From the NCBI GenBank assembly GCA_045613785.1, contig JAZLBQ010000012.1, positions 1-64,000 on the forward strand: a DNA stretch of 64,000 nt. The letters are read 5' to 3'. Below are positions 27,267 through 38,667 of this stretch, in pieces; position 1 is the stretch's first letter, and each line of letters opens with the position of its first letter. This DNA comes from Candidatus Enterousia sp. (lineage in GTDB: Bacteria > Pseudomonadota > Alphaproteobacteria > Rs-D84). A model generated the notes under the pieces. That model saw only the letters and a program-made list of their open reading frames with translations, did no database searches and was not told the DNA's origin. Both the position numbers and the translations under genes were made by a program.

Positions 27267-27998
27267 TTACCGCTTTTTTTGAATAAAGTCATCAATTGGA
27301 ATAATTGCGGCCGCTGTTGGTCCACGTTGACCGTTATAGTGGCTTGCAGGGTTTTTATCATATGGCATACGATTGCCAGAAAACTTTTCATAATAAATCT
27401 GACCGATACGCATATTCGGATAAACCACGGTTGGATACAGAACACGGATTTCCAGCGTCCATTCTCCGCAGAAACCATCGTCGCCCCGTCCAGCGGTATG
27501 GTGATTTAAAATAAAATTCCGTCCAACGCTAGATTTTCCGTCTATATACGGGAACAAGTTGCGTGTTTCTGTATATTCAACGGTCGAACCCAAATAACCG
27601 ACATCAGGTGATAAAATCAGACCTGTCGCTGGGATTTTTATATCGATTGTTTTATGGTGTTCTGGATTTGTAGGGTCTATTAAATAGCGTGGGTTTCGAA
27701 TGTCGTATTTCCAAGGACGGTCGATATAATCCAGATAATAATAAGGTTCTCTATCGTTCAGTGCGTATGCTTCTTTGCCTAAAAACCAATCCTTCATACT
27801 GTGCAGTTTTGGGTCGCCCTTGTATTCGATTGCGGGTTTCATTCCGTGTGGGATTGTATGTGCATAGACACGCAACGTGTCTGCCAGGTGCAAATCATAA
27901 CTATTTGACCCCAAGCATTTTAAATCAAAAGGTTCAATAATAATGTCTGGATTTTTTTCTTGCATACGCCGCAGAATTTCGGGACCTGTAAGTTGCAT
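27267..27998 (-). CDS. dcd: dCTP deaminase (trimeric dUTPase fold) with large insertion
   Basis: NSYDLHL, DGKSSVGR, TAGRGDDGFCGEWTLEI, MRIGQI. Confidence 0.9.
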   Translation of the reverse strand: MQLTGPEILRRMQEKNPDIIIEPFDLKCLGSNSYDLHLADTLRVYAHTIPHGMKPAIEYKGDPKLHSMKDWFLGKEAYALNDREPYYYLDYIDRPWKYDIRNPRYLIDPTNPEHHKTIDIKIPATGLILSPDVGYLGSTVEYTETRNLFPYIDGKSSVGRNFILNHHTAGRGDDGFCGEWTLEIRVLYPTVVYPNMRIGQIYYEKFSGNRMPYDKNPASHYNGQRGPTAAAIIPIDDFIQKKR

Positions 27999-28109
27999 AA
28001 TCTATATCCTTTTTATGTTGCCCCACCCACGCATAAATTTCTAGCAATAAAATCGCTGATTTGCAAGATTTTTATTCACTTTTCAAAATGTTGTGCTATG
28101 CTTTTTACC

Positions 28110-29006
28110 ATGACAGAAAAAACATATTCAGGCTTCGTTGCCATTATAGGCCCGACAAATGCGGGCAAAAGCACATTATTAAACCAAATTATGGGACGCA
28201 AAGTTTCGATTGTCTCGCACAAGGTGCAGACTACACGCACACGTTTGCGGGCGGTAAAAATGGTTGGTGCGAAACAGTTGATATTCGTTGATACTCCTGG
28301 TGTTTTCAAGCCTTCACGTCGTCTTGATCGTGCGATGGTTGCTGCTGCAATGGACGCAATCAGCGATGCTGATGCGGTCTTGTTGTTGGTTGACGCACAA
28401 AAGGGGATAACAGAAACAATTCGTGCCTTGGCACAAAAGGTGGCTGAACGTCCAAATATCTTTGTTGCGTTAAACAAGGTCGATGCGATTCCGAAACTGG
28501 AATTATTGCCAATGGTGGCTGAAATATCTCAGATGGCACCGTGGCGTGAAATCTTTATGATTTCGGCACTAAAAAATGACGGTATTGAAAAAATGTTGTC
28601 AGCTTTGGCGGACGTTATGCCGGAAAGTCCGTATTTGTTTGATCCGAACGATGCGCCAGATGTTCCAGATGAATTGTATTTATCTGAATTGACCCGTGAA
28701 AAGATATATCGCTATATTCACCAAGAATTGCCATATCACATCAACGTTGTAACAGAACGTGTTCAGGTTGCTGATGATGGCGTTTTGGATATTTTTCAGA
28801 AGATAGCGGTTCGTAACGATGGGCATAAAAAGATTGTTGTTGGCCGTGGTGGGGCTCAGTTAAAGCAAATTGGAACGGCTGCCCGTCTGGACATTCAAGA
28901 TCAGTGGGGGGTAAATGCTCGTCTGCATTTGTTTGTTCGTGTAGAACCAGACTGGGAAGAAAAGGCGGAAAACTACACCGACCAAGGGCTGGAGTTTAAA
29001 AAATAG
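28110..29006 (+). CDS. era: GTPase Era
   Basis: GPTNAGKSTL, VQTTR, DTPG, NKVD, KH domain. Confidence 0.97.
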   Translation: MTEKTYSGFVAIIGPTNAGKSTLLNQIMGRKVSIVSHKVQTTRTRLRAVKMVGAKQLIFVDTPGVFKPSRRLDRAMVAAAMDAISDADAVLLLVDAQKGITETIRALAQKVAERPNIFVALNKVDAIPKLELLPMVAEISQMAPWREIFMISALKNDGIEKMLSALADVMPESPYLFDPNDAPDVPDELYLSELTREKIYRYIHQELPYHINVVTERVQVADDGVLDIFQKIAVRNDGHKKIVVGRGGAQLKQIGTAARLDIQDQWGVNARLHLFVRVEPDWEEKAENYTDQGLEFKK

Positions 29007-29015
29007 GATATATTT

Positions 29016-29390
29016 ATGGGAATTTATAATAAAGTATTACCATATTTATTGGTGGCAGCTGGTTTTGTTTGCACTGGTTGCGAACAAGATTACAGTGATG
29101 TTATCGTATCAAAGAAAGACAACAAGGTTTATCTGGACAGAAATAACAACGGTTATGCAGATGTTCATATAAAATATTCTGGCATGGATACCGTTAGTAA
29201 TATCTGGTTTAAATCGATGCAGCCAGGCGATACGTTGCATTATGCTGTTCGCCCATCTTTTGACAAGATTGCTATTCCCAGCACCAGGGTTCATCACAAA
29301 TACCTAAACGACAATGACTTTGTTGATTTGTATAATGAGTATAGAAATAACAAGGTTCGTAATAAATTACAACGTTTCAAGAATCGATAA
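29016..29390 (+). CDS. Hypothetical lipoprotein-like protein ending FKNR
   Basis: Signal peptide with CTGC; RBS AGGA. Confidence 0.75.
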   Translation: MGIYNKVLPYLLVAAGFVCTGCEQDYSDVIVSKKDNKVYLDRNNNGYADVHIKYSGMDTVSNIWFKSMQPGDTLHYAVRPSFDKIAIPSTRVHHKYLNDNDFVDLYNEYRNNKVRNKLQRFKNR

Positions 29391-29391
29391 A

Positions 29392-30417
29392 ATGCTAACA
29401 ACGTCTGACTTTGATTTTGAATTGCCAGTTGAATTGATTGCGTCGCATCCATTGCCACAACGTGATGCGTCACGTATGCTGGTTGTTTGTGGTGGCGATA
29501 TTTATGATAAACAAGTTCGTGATTTTCTGGATTATTTAAAGCCAGGCGACGTGGTTGTTTTTAATAACTCTCGTGTTATTCCGGCACGCTTCATGGCGGA
29601 CGGTATTTATGAAATCACATTGCACACGTCCAGCGATGATGGTTGCTGGTGGGGGTTATGCAAAAAGTTTACAAAGTTAAAGCCAGGAACTGTTTTAACC
29701 CTAGATGATGGAACGAAAATTGAAATAGTTGATCAGCATTCCGACAGCGGTCTTAAAATCAAGTTTTTGTGCGATGACGTTTTTGGTGTTCTGGATCGTG
29801 TTGGCAAAATGCCATTGCCACCATATATGAAGCGTGAAGAACAACTTGACGATCGTGAACGCTATCAAACGGTATATGCGTCGCCTTTGGGGTCTATGGC
29901 AGCACCTACGGCTGGTTTGCACTTTACGCCAGCACTGTTGGAACAGATTCAATCCCGTGGGGCAAAGATTGTGAATATCACATTGCACGTCGGGGCAGGC
30001 ACGTGGATGCCAGTTAAAACCGAGGATTTATCCCAACACAAAATGCACAGTGAGTGGGGCTGTATAACAGCAGAACAGGCAGAAATAATCAACAATGCAA
30101 ATCGTGTGATTGCGGTTGGTACAACGTCCTTGCGTTTACTAGAAAGTGCGGCAATGTGCAATTGTGATACTGAAAGATATCGCCGTGTTGCACCATTTTG
30201 TCAGACCACAGACATCTTTATCACGCCTGGCTATGAATTTCGTGCAGTTGATGTTTTGCTAACGAACTTTCATTTACCAAAATCAACATTGTTTATGCTG
30301 GTGTCTGCGTTCGCAGGACTGTCTGAAATGCAGGCAGCATATTCGCATGCAGTTGCTGAAAAATATCGCTTTTTCAGTTATGGCGACTGCTGTTTGCTGT
30401 TCAAAAAGGGAAAATAA
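29392..30417 (+). CDS. queA: S-adenosylmethionine:tRNA ribosyltransferase-isomerase
   Basis: DFDFELP, PLPPY, AAPTAGLHF, TNFHLPKSTL, YRFFSYGD. Confidence 0.97.
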   Translation: MLTTSDFDFELPVELIASHPLPQRDASRMLVVCGGDIYDKQVRDFLDYLKPGDVVVFNNSRVIPARFMADGIYEITLHTSSDDGCWWGLCKKFTKLKPGTVLTLDDGTKIEIVDQHSDSGLKIKFLCDDVFGVLDRVGKMPLPPYMKREEQLDDRERYQTVYASPLGSMAAPTAGLHFTPALLEQIQSRGAKIVNITLHVGAGTWMPVKTEDLSQHKMHSEWGCITAEQAEIINNANRVIAVGTTSLRLLESAAMCNCDTERYRRVAPFCQTTDIFITPGYEFRAVDVLLTNFHLPKSTLFMLVSAFAGLSEMQAAYSHAVAEKYRFFSYGDCCLLFKKGK

Positions 30418-31719
30418 ATGAAATACAACCCAACCCTGCATAAATTATCAAATGGTGTAACGGTTATATTAGACCCGATGGAACTGGAAACAACATCGAT
30501 AAAGGTCAGTTTTTGCACTGGTTCTCGTGATGAAAAGCCAAATGAATATGGTTTAACTCATTTTTGTGAACATATGTTATGCAAGGGAACGCCACGTTTT
30601 CCGACCAAGAAAATACGTGATGATTATCTGGACTATCATGGTGGTGGCTGTAATGCATCGACGGGGCGTGGTGTTTTGTCTTTCTACGGTCGTATTATTG
30701 CTAAAAATGCAAATGTTATGCTAGATTTTATTGGCGACCAATTACAAAATTCGTTGTTTGATTCATCAAAGATAGAGATAGAACGTCGTGTAATTTGTGA
30801 CGAGTTGCGTCGTGCATTGGATAATCCTGGTCGTCAGTTTGATGATTTTATGTCAAAGACATTGTTTGGTGGGCAGACATTTTCGACTTTGAATTTGGGG
30901 ACGCTTGAAACAATCAATTCGTTTACACGGGATCAGATGCTGGAATTTTTATCTCGTCGTTTGTCGGCCAAGAATTGTATAATTTGTGTATCTGGGCGAA
31001 TAATTGACCCAGTCGCAATGTTAGAGCAGATTGAAAAATCATTTTCGTTTTTGCCAACACACGACGTGCCAGAAAATACATATATTCCATATACGCCAAC
31101 CGTTGCACATAATCCTAAACCAGACAAAGAAAACGTTAGGCTTCGTATAATATTTCCAGACGTTTGGCCATTGTTGTTTGAGAACATATACAATAACATA
31201 TGCGTTGGGCGTTTTGAACGTTTTATGATAAAAGAAATCTCGGACGTTTTGCGTCAGGATAATGGACTTGTGTATGGGTTCAGTGGATTTGCTGTTGGAA
31301 ACGAGCATCATTATTGGAATGGTTTTTCGACCCAGACATCTTCTGAAAATATTCCAACGGTTGTTAAATTGATTGCCCAAAAGGCATCTGAAATATACTC
31401 AGCACCAAAAATAACCGAAGCCGATTTGGATCGCTATAATCGCAAGGATGCCCTAGCTGATGCTGATTGGTTGGAGTCCGCTACACGTCGTTGCGACAAG
31501 TTGATTGCACATTATCGTGATTATGGTCGCATTTTTGATTTTTATGAAATGTTCAAGTTATTTACGCAATTGACGCCCTCGGATGTTGTAAAGAACACTC
31601 GCGGTTATTTTGATGGCCCAATATCAATTATTACCCAAGGGGCAGATTTTGACTGTGATTTGAAATCTGTTTGGGATGAAAATTTTAACACTAAAACCGA
31701 AACCAAAGGGGAAAAATAA
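30418..31719 (+). CDS. M16 family zinc peptidase
   Basis: LSNGVTV, GSRDE, HFCEH inverzincin motif. Confidence 0.92.
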   Translation: MKYNPTLHKLSNGVTVILDPMELETTSIKVSFCTGSRDEKPNEYGLTHFCEHMLCKGTPRFPTKKIRDDYLDYHGGGCNASTGRGVLSFYGRIIAKNANVMLDFIGDQLQNSLFDSSKIEIERRVICDELRRALDNPGRQFDDFMSKTLFGGQTFSTLNLGTLETINSFTRDQMLEFLSRRLSAKNCIICVSGRIIDPVAMLEQIEKSFSFLPTHDVPENTYIPYTPTVAHNPKPDKENVRLRIIFPDVWPLLFENIYNNICVGRFERFMIKEISDVLRQDNGLVYGFSGFAVGNEHHYWNGFSTQTSSENIPTVVKLIAQKASEIYSAPKITEADLDRYNRKDALADADWLESATRRCDKLIAHYRDYGRIFDFYEMFKLFTQLTPSDVVKNTRGYFDGPISIITQGADFDCDLKSVWDENFNTKTETKGEK

Positions 31720-32165
31720 TGGCAATGCCTCTTGTGATTGTTCGTGCATTACCAACGGCGGCACGTGCATTGGCTAAACCACATGTGTTCAAACGCTTTC
31801 TAGGGACACGGGCGGGCAAGCGTGCAACACTAAAATACGGAACAATGCTGGTAAAATCCAAAGATGTCCGTAATTCTGTTGGTAAATTTATGAAAAATAA
31901 TGGTTCGTTTCTACGGTCTAAAAAAGAATACCGCCAAAACGAACAAGAATACGCTAAATTGGTAAAGAAAATAGAAAAACTAGAACAGCAACTGGCGGAT
32001 GCAAAATTGAACGAGCAAAAAATGCAAGAATTGACATTTACACTTGGTCGTCAGGTTGTCCAAATGCGTCATTTGCTGGAAAAAATGGACGTTCAACGCC
32101 AGCAATATGCCCAAGAAATGTTGGCAGAATTCCGTCGTTTCCAGGGGCTGGACAAAACAAGATAA
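31719..32165 (+). CDS. Hypothetical basic coiled-coil protein ending DKTR
   Basis: 148 aa; overlaps the previous stop; heptad-like C-terminal half. Confidence 0.8.
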   Translation: MAMPLVIVRALPTAARALAKPHVFKRFLGTRAGKRATLKYGTMLVKSKDVRNSVGKFMKNNGSFLRSKKEYRQNEQEYAKLVKKIEKLEQQLADAKLNEQKMQELTFTLGRQVVQMRHLLEKMDVQRQQYAQEMLAEFRRFQGLDKTR

Positions 32166-33642
<1,477 letters not shown>

Positions 33643-33706
33643 TATATTGCAATTTATTGTCTTATTCGTCTAAACTCCTTTTATACACTGTAAAGGAGTT
33701 TTTTTT

Positions 33707-34738
33707 ATGGCCAAGTCAAAGAAAGGAATCGAAGTAATCGATATGGGCGGTGTCAAGACCGTAAAAAAGAAACAGTCTGTTATTACCTGGACTAAACGTG
33801 TAATAGCGATTGTGACAATTATTTGGTTTGCCATTGTTGGCTATGTTCCCCTGCATATCAAGAATACATATTCGCAACCGATAAAGAAATCGATTGTTGT
33901 ATCAATGTTCTTTGACCTGCAAAAGGGGATAGTAAAGCAGTATGAAGCGTTATTAAAGGGCGTTGCAGATTCTGTAAATCTAGAAAAACCAATCGCAGTT
34001 GCGATTGATGGTGTAAAGTTAGTTGAAAAGGGCGTGGACAAGGTCACAGACGCAACCGCCCAAGCCAAAGAAACAACGGCCAAGGCAACAGATGCAACAT
34101 CCGATGCACGTGAAAAGACGTCTGGTGTAAAGAAGTTGACTGGTTTTGCAAAAATGCTTGGTGTAAAAACGGACGGTGTTGACAAGGCGGTAAATGAAGT
34201 GGACAAAGGTCTGGACAAGGCAGATTCAGCAATCGCCCAGGCGAACACAGCCATAAACAAGGTAGATGATACAGTGGCACGTGTAAATGCACAACTGGAC
34301 AAGGTCAAAGGTGATTTGACTCGTGTTGCCCAAACCGAAGTTGATAAGATGCTTGATTCTGCGATAAAAACGGCACTGGATAAACAGTCTGGTGGTCTTG
34401 GGACGACATTATTGACTAACTATGGTATTGATCATGTTTATCCATGGCGTCCATCTAGCTGGCCAGTTGCGACCAAGATTTATAATGATTTGGCACAATC
34501 TGATGTAACGACTATAACAGTTATAACGAACACGGTTGATAAATATTTCGGTTATGTTGCGTGGGGATTGGTATTTGCCGCTTGGGCATTGGGCCTGTAT
34601 ATCTGGTCATTGTTCTTTAAAAAGGCCAAAGCGATATTAAAGCCATTTAATGTATGTCCACGTTGTGGTCATACCTATGCAGATAAACGGACTGCGCTGG
34701 GATTGTTAAAAGTGTTTCAGCCATGGCAATGGTTCTAA
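33707..34738 (+). CDS. Membrane-anchored helical/coiled-coil protein
   Basis: Two TM helices flanking Ala/Lys/Asp/Thr heptad repeats; C-terminal CPRC; RBS AAGGAG. Confidence 0.85.
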   Translation: MAKSKKGIEVIDMGGVKTVKKKQSVITWTKRVIAIVTIIWFAIVGYVPLHIKNTYSQPIKKSIVVSMFFDLQKGIVKQYEALLKGVADSVNLEKPIAVAIDGVKLVEKGVDKVTDATAQAKETTAKATDATSDAREKTSGVKKLTGFAKMLGVKTDGVDKAVNEVDKGLDKADSAIAQANTAINKVDDTVARVNAQLDKVKGDLTRVAQTEVDKMLDSAIKTALDKQSGGLGTTLLTNYGIDHVYPWRPSSWPVATKIYNDLAQSDVTTITVITNTVDKYFGYVAWGLVFAAWALGLYIWSLFFKKAKAILKPFNVCPRCGHTYADKRTALGLLKVFQPWQWF

Positions 34739-34834
34739 TAAATACGTAAAAAGCCCTGGAAAACAGGGCTTTAAATTTTTTTGTAAAAAACACTTGCATT
34801 AGTATAAAATATATGTCATTATATACGACGCAAT

Positions 34835-34911
34835 GCGAGCGTAGCTCAGTTGGCTAGAGCGCAACCTTGCCAAGGTTGAGGTCGAGGGTTCGAGCCCCTT
34901 TGCTCGCACCA
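34835..34911 (+). tRNA. tRNA-Gly (GCC)
   Basis: GCGAGCG acceptor, anticodon arm CAACC-TTGCCAA-GGTTG, TTCGAGC T-loop, CCA. Confidence 0.97.
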
Positions 34912-34919
34912 AAATTTTA

Positions 34920-34946
34920 AAAACCGTCCGTCAGGGCGGTTTTTTG
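34920..34946 (+). terminator. tRNA-Gly terminator
   Basis: AAACCGTCC-GTCA-GGGCGGTTT plus T tract. Confidence 0.8.
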
Positions 34947-35135
34947 ATTTTGTCGTGCCAAGGGGCGAGTTGCGAGACGAGAAAATATCAGAAACACAAG
35001 ATGTTTTTAATGAATTGTACGAGTTTTACATAAGGTCATATGAAATTCAGTTTTTAGGTCGGTGTGATATTCTGAATAAAAAAGTAGTTTATTTTTTTTG
35101 AGATGTAGTTATAATCTACCCAGAATGGAAAGGAT

Positions 35136-36638
35136 GTGTTGCAAATGCTAGAAAATAAAAATACGCAGAGTAAAAAATACATATTAGGACAATTTTTTAC
35201 TGCACCCCATATTTGTGAAGACATCATCAAAGACATTGTAGTAGAGCCAAATGATATCATTATAGAACCGTCTTTTGGGAGTGGGAATTTTTTAGTTGCG
35301 TTAAAAAAAATCCAAAATAAAAAAATAGGAATAGAACTAGACCGTGATATTTTTGATGAAAAGCTAGTCGATGAAAACACAACGCTTTTAAACAAGAATT
35401 TTTATGATTTTGATATAAAAACAAACAGCAAATTGATTTTTGTTGGGAATCCTCCATACAGAACGCCGGCACATTCATTAACAACCCACAAGAATTTTGT
35501 TTTAGGTTTAACAAAAAAATACCATATCCCTGGAATTCGTGAGGAAGCAGTATTTTTTATATTGCATACGATTGATATAATAAACAAAAACGGTGGAAAT
35601 GGGGAAATACACTATATTTTACCAACATCGATATTAAAAAACAATTCAAAGTTTTTTAACAGATTCAAGGAATTCCTAAAAAAACAGTGCGATTTTATTC
35701 GGATTAAATCCATAAAGGGTGCAGAATTTGATGGGGTTGCCCAAGATTTAGTCTGTTTGTCATTGAAAGTCATACAAAATCAGAATGATTTTTTTAAAGT
35801 GCCGCAAACAGAACAATCACAAAAATACGTATTGGTTGATGATGAATATGTTAACTTAGACGAATATCTTTGTCTAACTTCGGAAGATTCAATACCGTTT
35901 CAAAAAATATTCAAGCAAACATTTTTAGGGTCTGTTCCCTGTGAGAGTTTGCTTATGTCCGTAAAAAATGAACCAGTTGAACATTTTATGCATAGATTGA
36001 CAGATATTATCGCTGATTCATGCATAAGCACCGATATTTTATATAACAAATTGCAATATAATAAAAAATTTCATTTAAAGGTTTTTGATAATCCAACAGA
36101 TAGTTCAGTCGTTCAAAAAAAATTAGACATAATACTGTCTTATGTAAAAAATATTCAGCAGAAAAACATATTGGACGAATTTATGAATATCAACAATTAT
36201 AAAGAAATCAACGTCAGAGATGGTGTTCGTTTTTATTTTAGATGCGAAAAATTGAAAAAGAAAAAAAATTTTGTATATGAAATAAATCCAAATCCCTGTA
36301 AATCATTTTATTTTACGGGTAACCCTTCTCATAGTTCAACAGATTATTTTGGTTTTTGTAATTATGATATCAATAGAAACGTTTCGCCAGGTGCAAACAG
36401 AACGGTGCCTGTTGATAATTTGGAAGACAATTTGACAGACTACTTTAAAAAGTGGTGGCGTTCAAATACAACAGAACCATATGATGAAATTTTTAATTAC
36501 ATAATATATGTATCAAAGACGAATTGGTATAAAAAGAAAAAAAGGGACAACAAACGTTTTTATTTTGCTATCCCAATAGAATTTATACCTGTCTCAGAAC
36601 GGAAGCAGTCTGAATTTAGTCAGGAAGTGTCCAGTTGA
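35136..36638 (+). CDS. N6-adenine DNA methyltransferase (gamma-type motif order)
   Basis: LGQFFT (motif X), EPSFGSGNF (motif I), GNPPY (motif IV); strongly AT-rich. Confidence 0.9.
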   Translation: MLQMLENKNTQSKKYILGQFFTAPHICEDIIKDIVVEPNDIIIEPSFGSGNFLVALKKIQNKKIGIELDRDIFDEKLVDENTTLLNKNFYDFDIKTNSKLIFVGNPPYRTPAHSLTTHKNFVLGLTKKYHIPGIREEAVFFILHTIDIINKNGGNGEIHYILPTSILKNNSKFFNRFKEFLKKQCDFIRIKSIKGAEFDGVAQDLVCLSLKVIQNQNDFFKVPQTEQSQKYVLVDDEYVNLDEYLCLTSEDSIPFQKIFKQTFLGSVPCESLLMSVKNEPVEHFMHRLTDIIADSCISTDILYNKLQYNKKFHLKVFDNPTDSSVVQKKLDIILSYVKNIQQKNILDEFMNINNYKEINVRDGVRFYFRCEKLKKKKNFVYEINPNPCKSFYFTGNPSHSSTDYFGFCNYDINRNVSPGANRTVPVDNLEDNLTDYFKKWWRSNTTEPYDEIFNYIIYVSKTNWYKKKKRDNKRFYFAIPIEFIPVSERKQSEFSQEVSS

Positions 36639-37311
36639 TTTTATCCAGTTTTTGTCTAACAATTTCGCTTAATTTTGCAAAAGAATAATGGTTTTTAAGG
36701 GGGTGCGAATATCCCTCTGCTACCTCAAAATATTCTGCGTATCGCATAATTTGACCGATATTTGCTTGCCCTTCAGTTTTATGAGATCTATGTTGTGCGG
36801 ACAGCAGTATTTTGCCGGGTTCCTTATTTTCTTTTTTGGGGGTTCTGCTGAACATTTTAGACGGGATTATGAAAAGTCTTTCTGAATTTCCGTATAATAT
36901 GTGAAAAATAAACCAGTCACATTCTGACGGTTTTACCTGCTGAAAAGAACCAGATAAATGTCTGGCTGTTTTCTGGTTAAGATTTAAAATTCTTGCACCG
37001 ATATAATCATTTGAAGCCCCGGAAATTGCTTTTAACGATTTTATCTCTATCCTTTCGCCAGAATTTGCGTCTGCATCATATTCTGAACCACCCTGATGTT
37101 TTTTTAAATCAACAAATGTGTCGATTATTTCATCTTGGATTCTCAAGCCATAGCTTTGTCCGGTTCCTGTTATAAACCAATCATAGTTTGGAAATTTTTT
37201 TAACATTCTGTCTTTATGTTGTTCTATTGCTTGAATTACAATATCTAGCTTAGATTCAGGTAAAAGTGAATTTTCTTTTATTTCATGTAAGGCAAATTCT
37301 AGTTCTGTCAT
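36616..37311 (-). CDS. Putative type II restriction endonuclease (PD-(D/E)xK)
   Basis: EYD...RIEIKS catalytic-like motif and FQQVKP; convergent with the MTase; RBS AAGGAG. Confidence 0.72.
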   Translation of the reverse strand: MTELEFALHEIKENSLLPESKLDIVIQAIEQHKDRMLKKFPNYDWFITGTGQSYGLRIQDEIIDTFVDLKKHQGGSEYDADANSGERIEIKSLKAISGASNDYIGARILNLNQKTARHLSGSFQQVKPSECDWFIFHILYGNSERLFIIPSKMFSRTPKKENKEPGKILLSAQHRSHKTEGQANIGQIMRYAEYFEVAEGYSHPLKNHYSFAKLSEIVRQKLDKINWTLPD

Positions 37312-37338
37312 ATGTGCTCCTTTTGTGCTTTATATTTT

Positions 37339-38430
37339 TTATCTTTGTAATTGATTTCTGTTCGGCAACAGTTTTTTTATTCCTTTTTCTATGCGTTTTA
37401 TATTGTCAGGATTGCAAACACAACCTTCGCAACTGTTGTCCGAGCAAAAGTCGCAGCCAACTGGAAAGTATTTTAAATGACTGCTTACAGCATCGTGCCT
37501 CATCGTGCCGAATTCATGCATGTATTTCTGGTATATTGGTGCATATTGTGGATACTTTATCACTGCCATCAGAAAACTGCCATAGTTCTGCACCAATGCT
37601 GCAGAATATCTGTGGCGTGCCTTACTTGAAGACATAACGTTTGCATAGTCAGTCAGCGACCCGGAACGTCTATTATATAAATATATGCTATCACGAACGG
37701 TTGAAATTGTGTTTGCGTGCAATACTGCCAGTGAACAAAACAAGATATCTTCATCCAGTGGCATATCGATTTCAAATTGCAGTTTATGGTGTTTCAGAAA
37801 ATCACGTCGATAAATTGCAAAGTTTGCACTTTCACGATCAAAAGACTGTAAAACGATGATGTTTTTGTCGTTTATTTTTGTGCCAAAAGTTCGGTCTTGG
37901 TTATATGTCAGGGCTGTAATAGTTGATGTTTGATTTTGTATTGCAACCTTGCCACCCATAACGATTTCTGCTTTGTTTCTTTTTGCGGCGTCAATCATTC
38001 GTGTAAAATAATTTTTGTCGCCCAACAGTTGGTTTGGGAATCCTTCTTTGACCTGACCTTTTTGATATATCATATTTCCGTGCTTTGGATCGTCAATAAT
38101 TTTTTCAATAAACGGGGCAATCTTCTTAAAATTTACCCCAATCATATCATCTGCGTCGATAAAGCTGATAAACTCGCCACAAGCCATTTCCATGCCACGG
38201 TTGCGTGCCGCAGACACTCCCAGATTTCGTTGGCATGCTAACTCAATATTGTTATGTTTGATTGAATATTCCTGGACGATGCTTAGTCCATTATCAGTTG
38301 AGCCGTCATCGATAACAATTACTTGAAAGTTAGGGAATCCATTTTGCACGACGATACTGTCCAGGCATTGTTGAATATACTGGGCAGTGTTATGCATTGG
38401 TATAATAATCGACAGATACGGATTCTTCAT
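37339..38430 (-). CDS. Glycosyltransferase family 2, ends QLQR
   Basis: SIIIPMHN, IDDGSTD, GVSAARNRG, FIDADD. Confidence 0.92.
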   Translation of the reverse strand: MKNPYLSIIIPMHNTAQYIQQCLDSIVVQNGFPNFQVIVIDDGSTDNGLSIVQEYSIKHNNIELACQRNLGVSAARNRGMEMACGEFISFIDADDMIGVNFKKIAPFIEKIIDDPKHGNMIYQKGQVKEGFPNQLLGDKNYFTRMIDAAKRNKAEIVMGGKVAIQNQTSTITALTYNQDRTFGTKINDKNIIVLQSFDRESANFAIYRRDFLKHHKLQFEIDMPLDEDILFCSLAVLHANTISTVRDSIYLYNRRSGSLTDYANVMSSSKARHRYSAALVQNYGSFLMAVIKYPQYAPIYQKYMHEFGTMRHDAVSSHLKYFPVGCDFCSDNSCEGCVCNPDNIKRIEKGIKKLLPNRNQLQR

Positions 38431-38546
38431 ACTATAAATGTAGTATAAAATAGTGATTTGTCAATATTTTTTGGGTTTATATATATTTTTCTTTACTTTT
38501 TTGAAAATATATATAATAATCCAAGGCAACAAGATAAAGCACAGTA

Positions 38547-38636
38547 ATGAATTATACATCTAAACGTTTTAACTAGGCAAGGTGCGACCAACAGATTTAA
38601 CAAACTGCGGGCGCACTTTTCTGCGTCCGTTTTTTT
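38547..38636 (+). promoter_or_regulatory. Candidate leader-peptide attenuator upstream of lysS
   Basis: uORF MNYTSKRFN (38547..38576); antiterminator 38579..38586/38612..38619; terminator 38607..38630 plus T run. Confidence 0.55.
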
Positions 38637-38667
38637 AATAATTCAACAACCCAAGGGAAAAAATAAA

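Noticed and set aside
27267-27998. dCTP deaminase as the anti-phage dCTP-depletion system
   Set aside because: The defensive enzymes are Zn-dependent CMP/dCMP-deaminase-fold proteins with a kinase domain; this one has trimeric dUTPase-fold motifs.
34951-34980. TGCCAAGGGGC downstream of tRNA-Gly as an att remnant for the R-M pair
   Set aside because: Only 7-8 nt match the anticodon loop or inverted T-arm, and I saw no partner repeat beyond the R-M genes.
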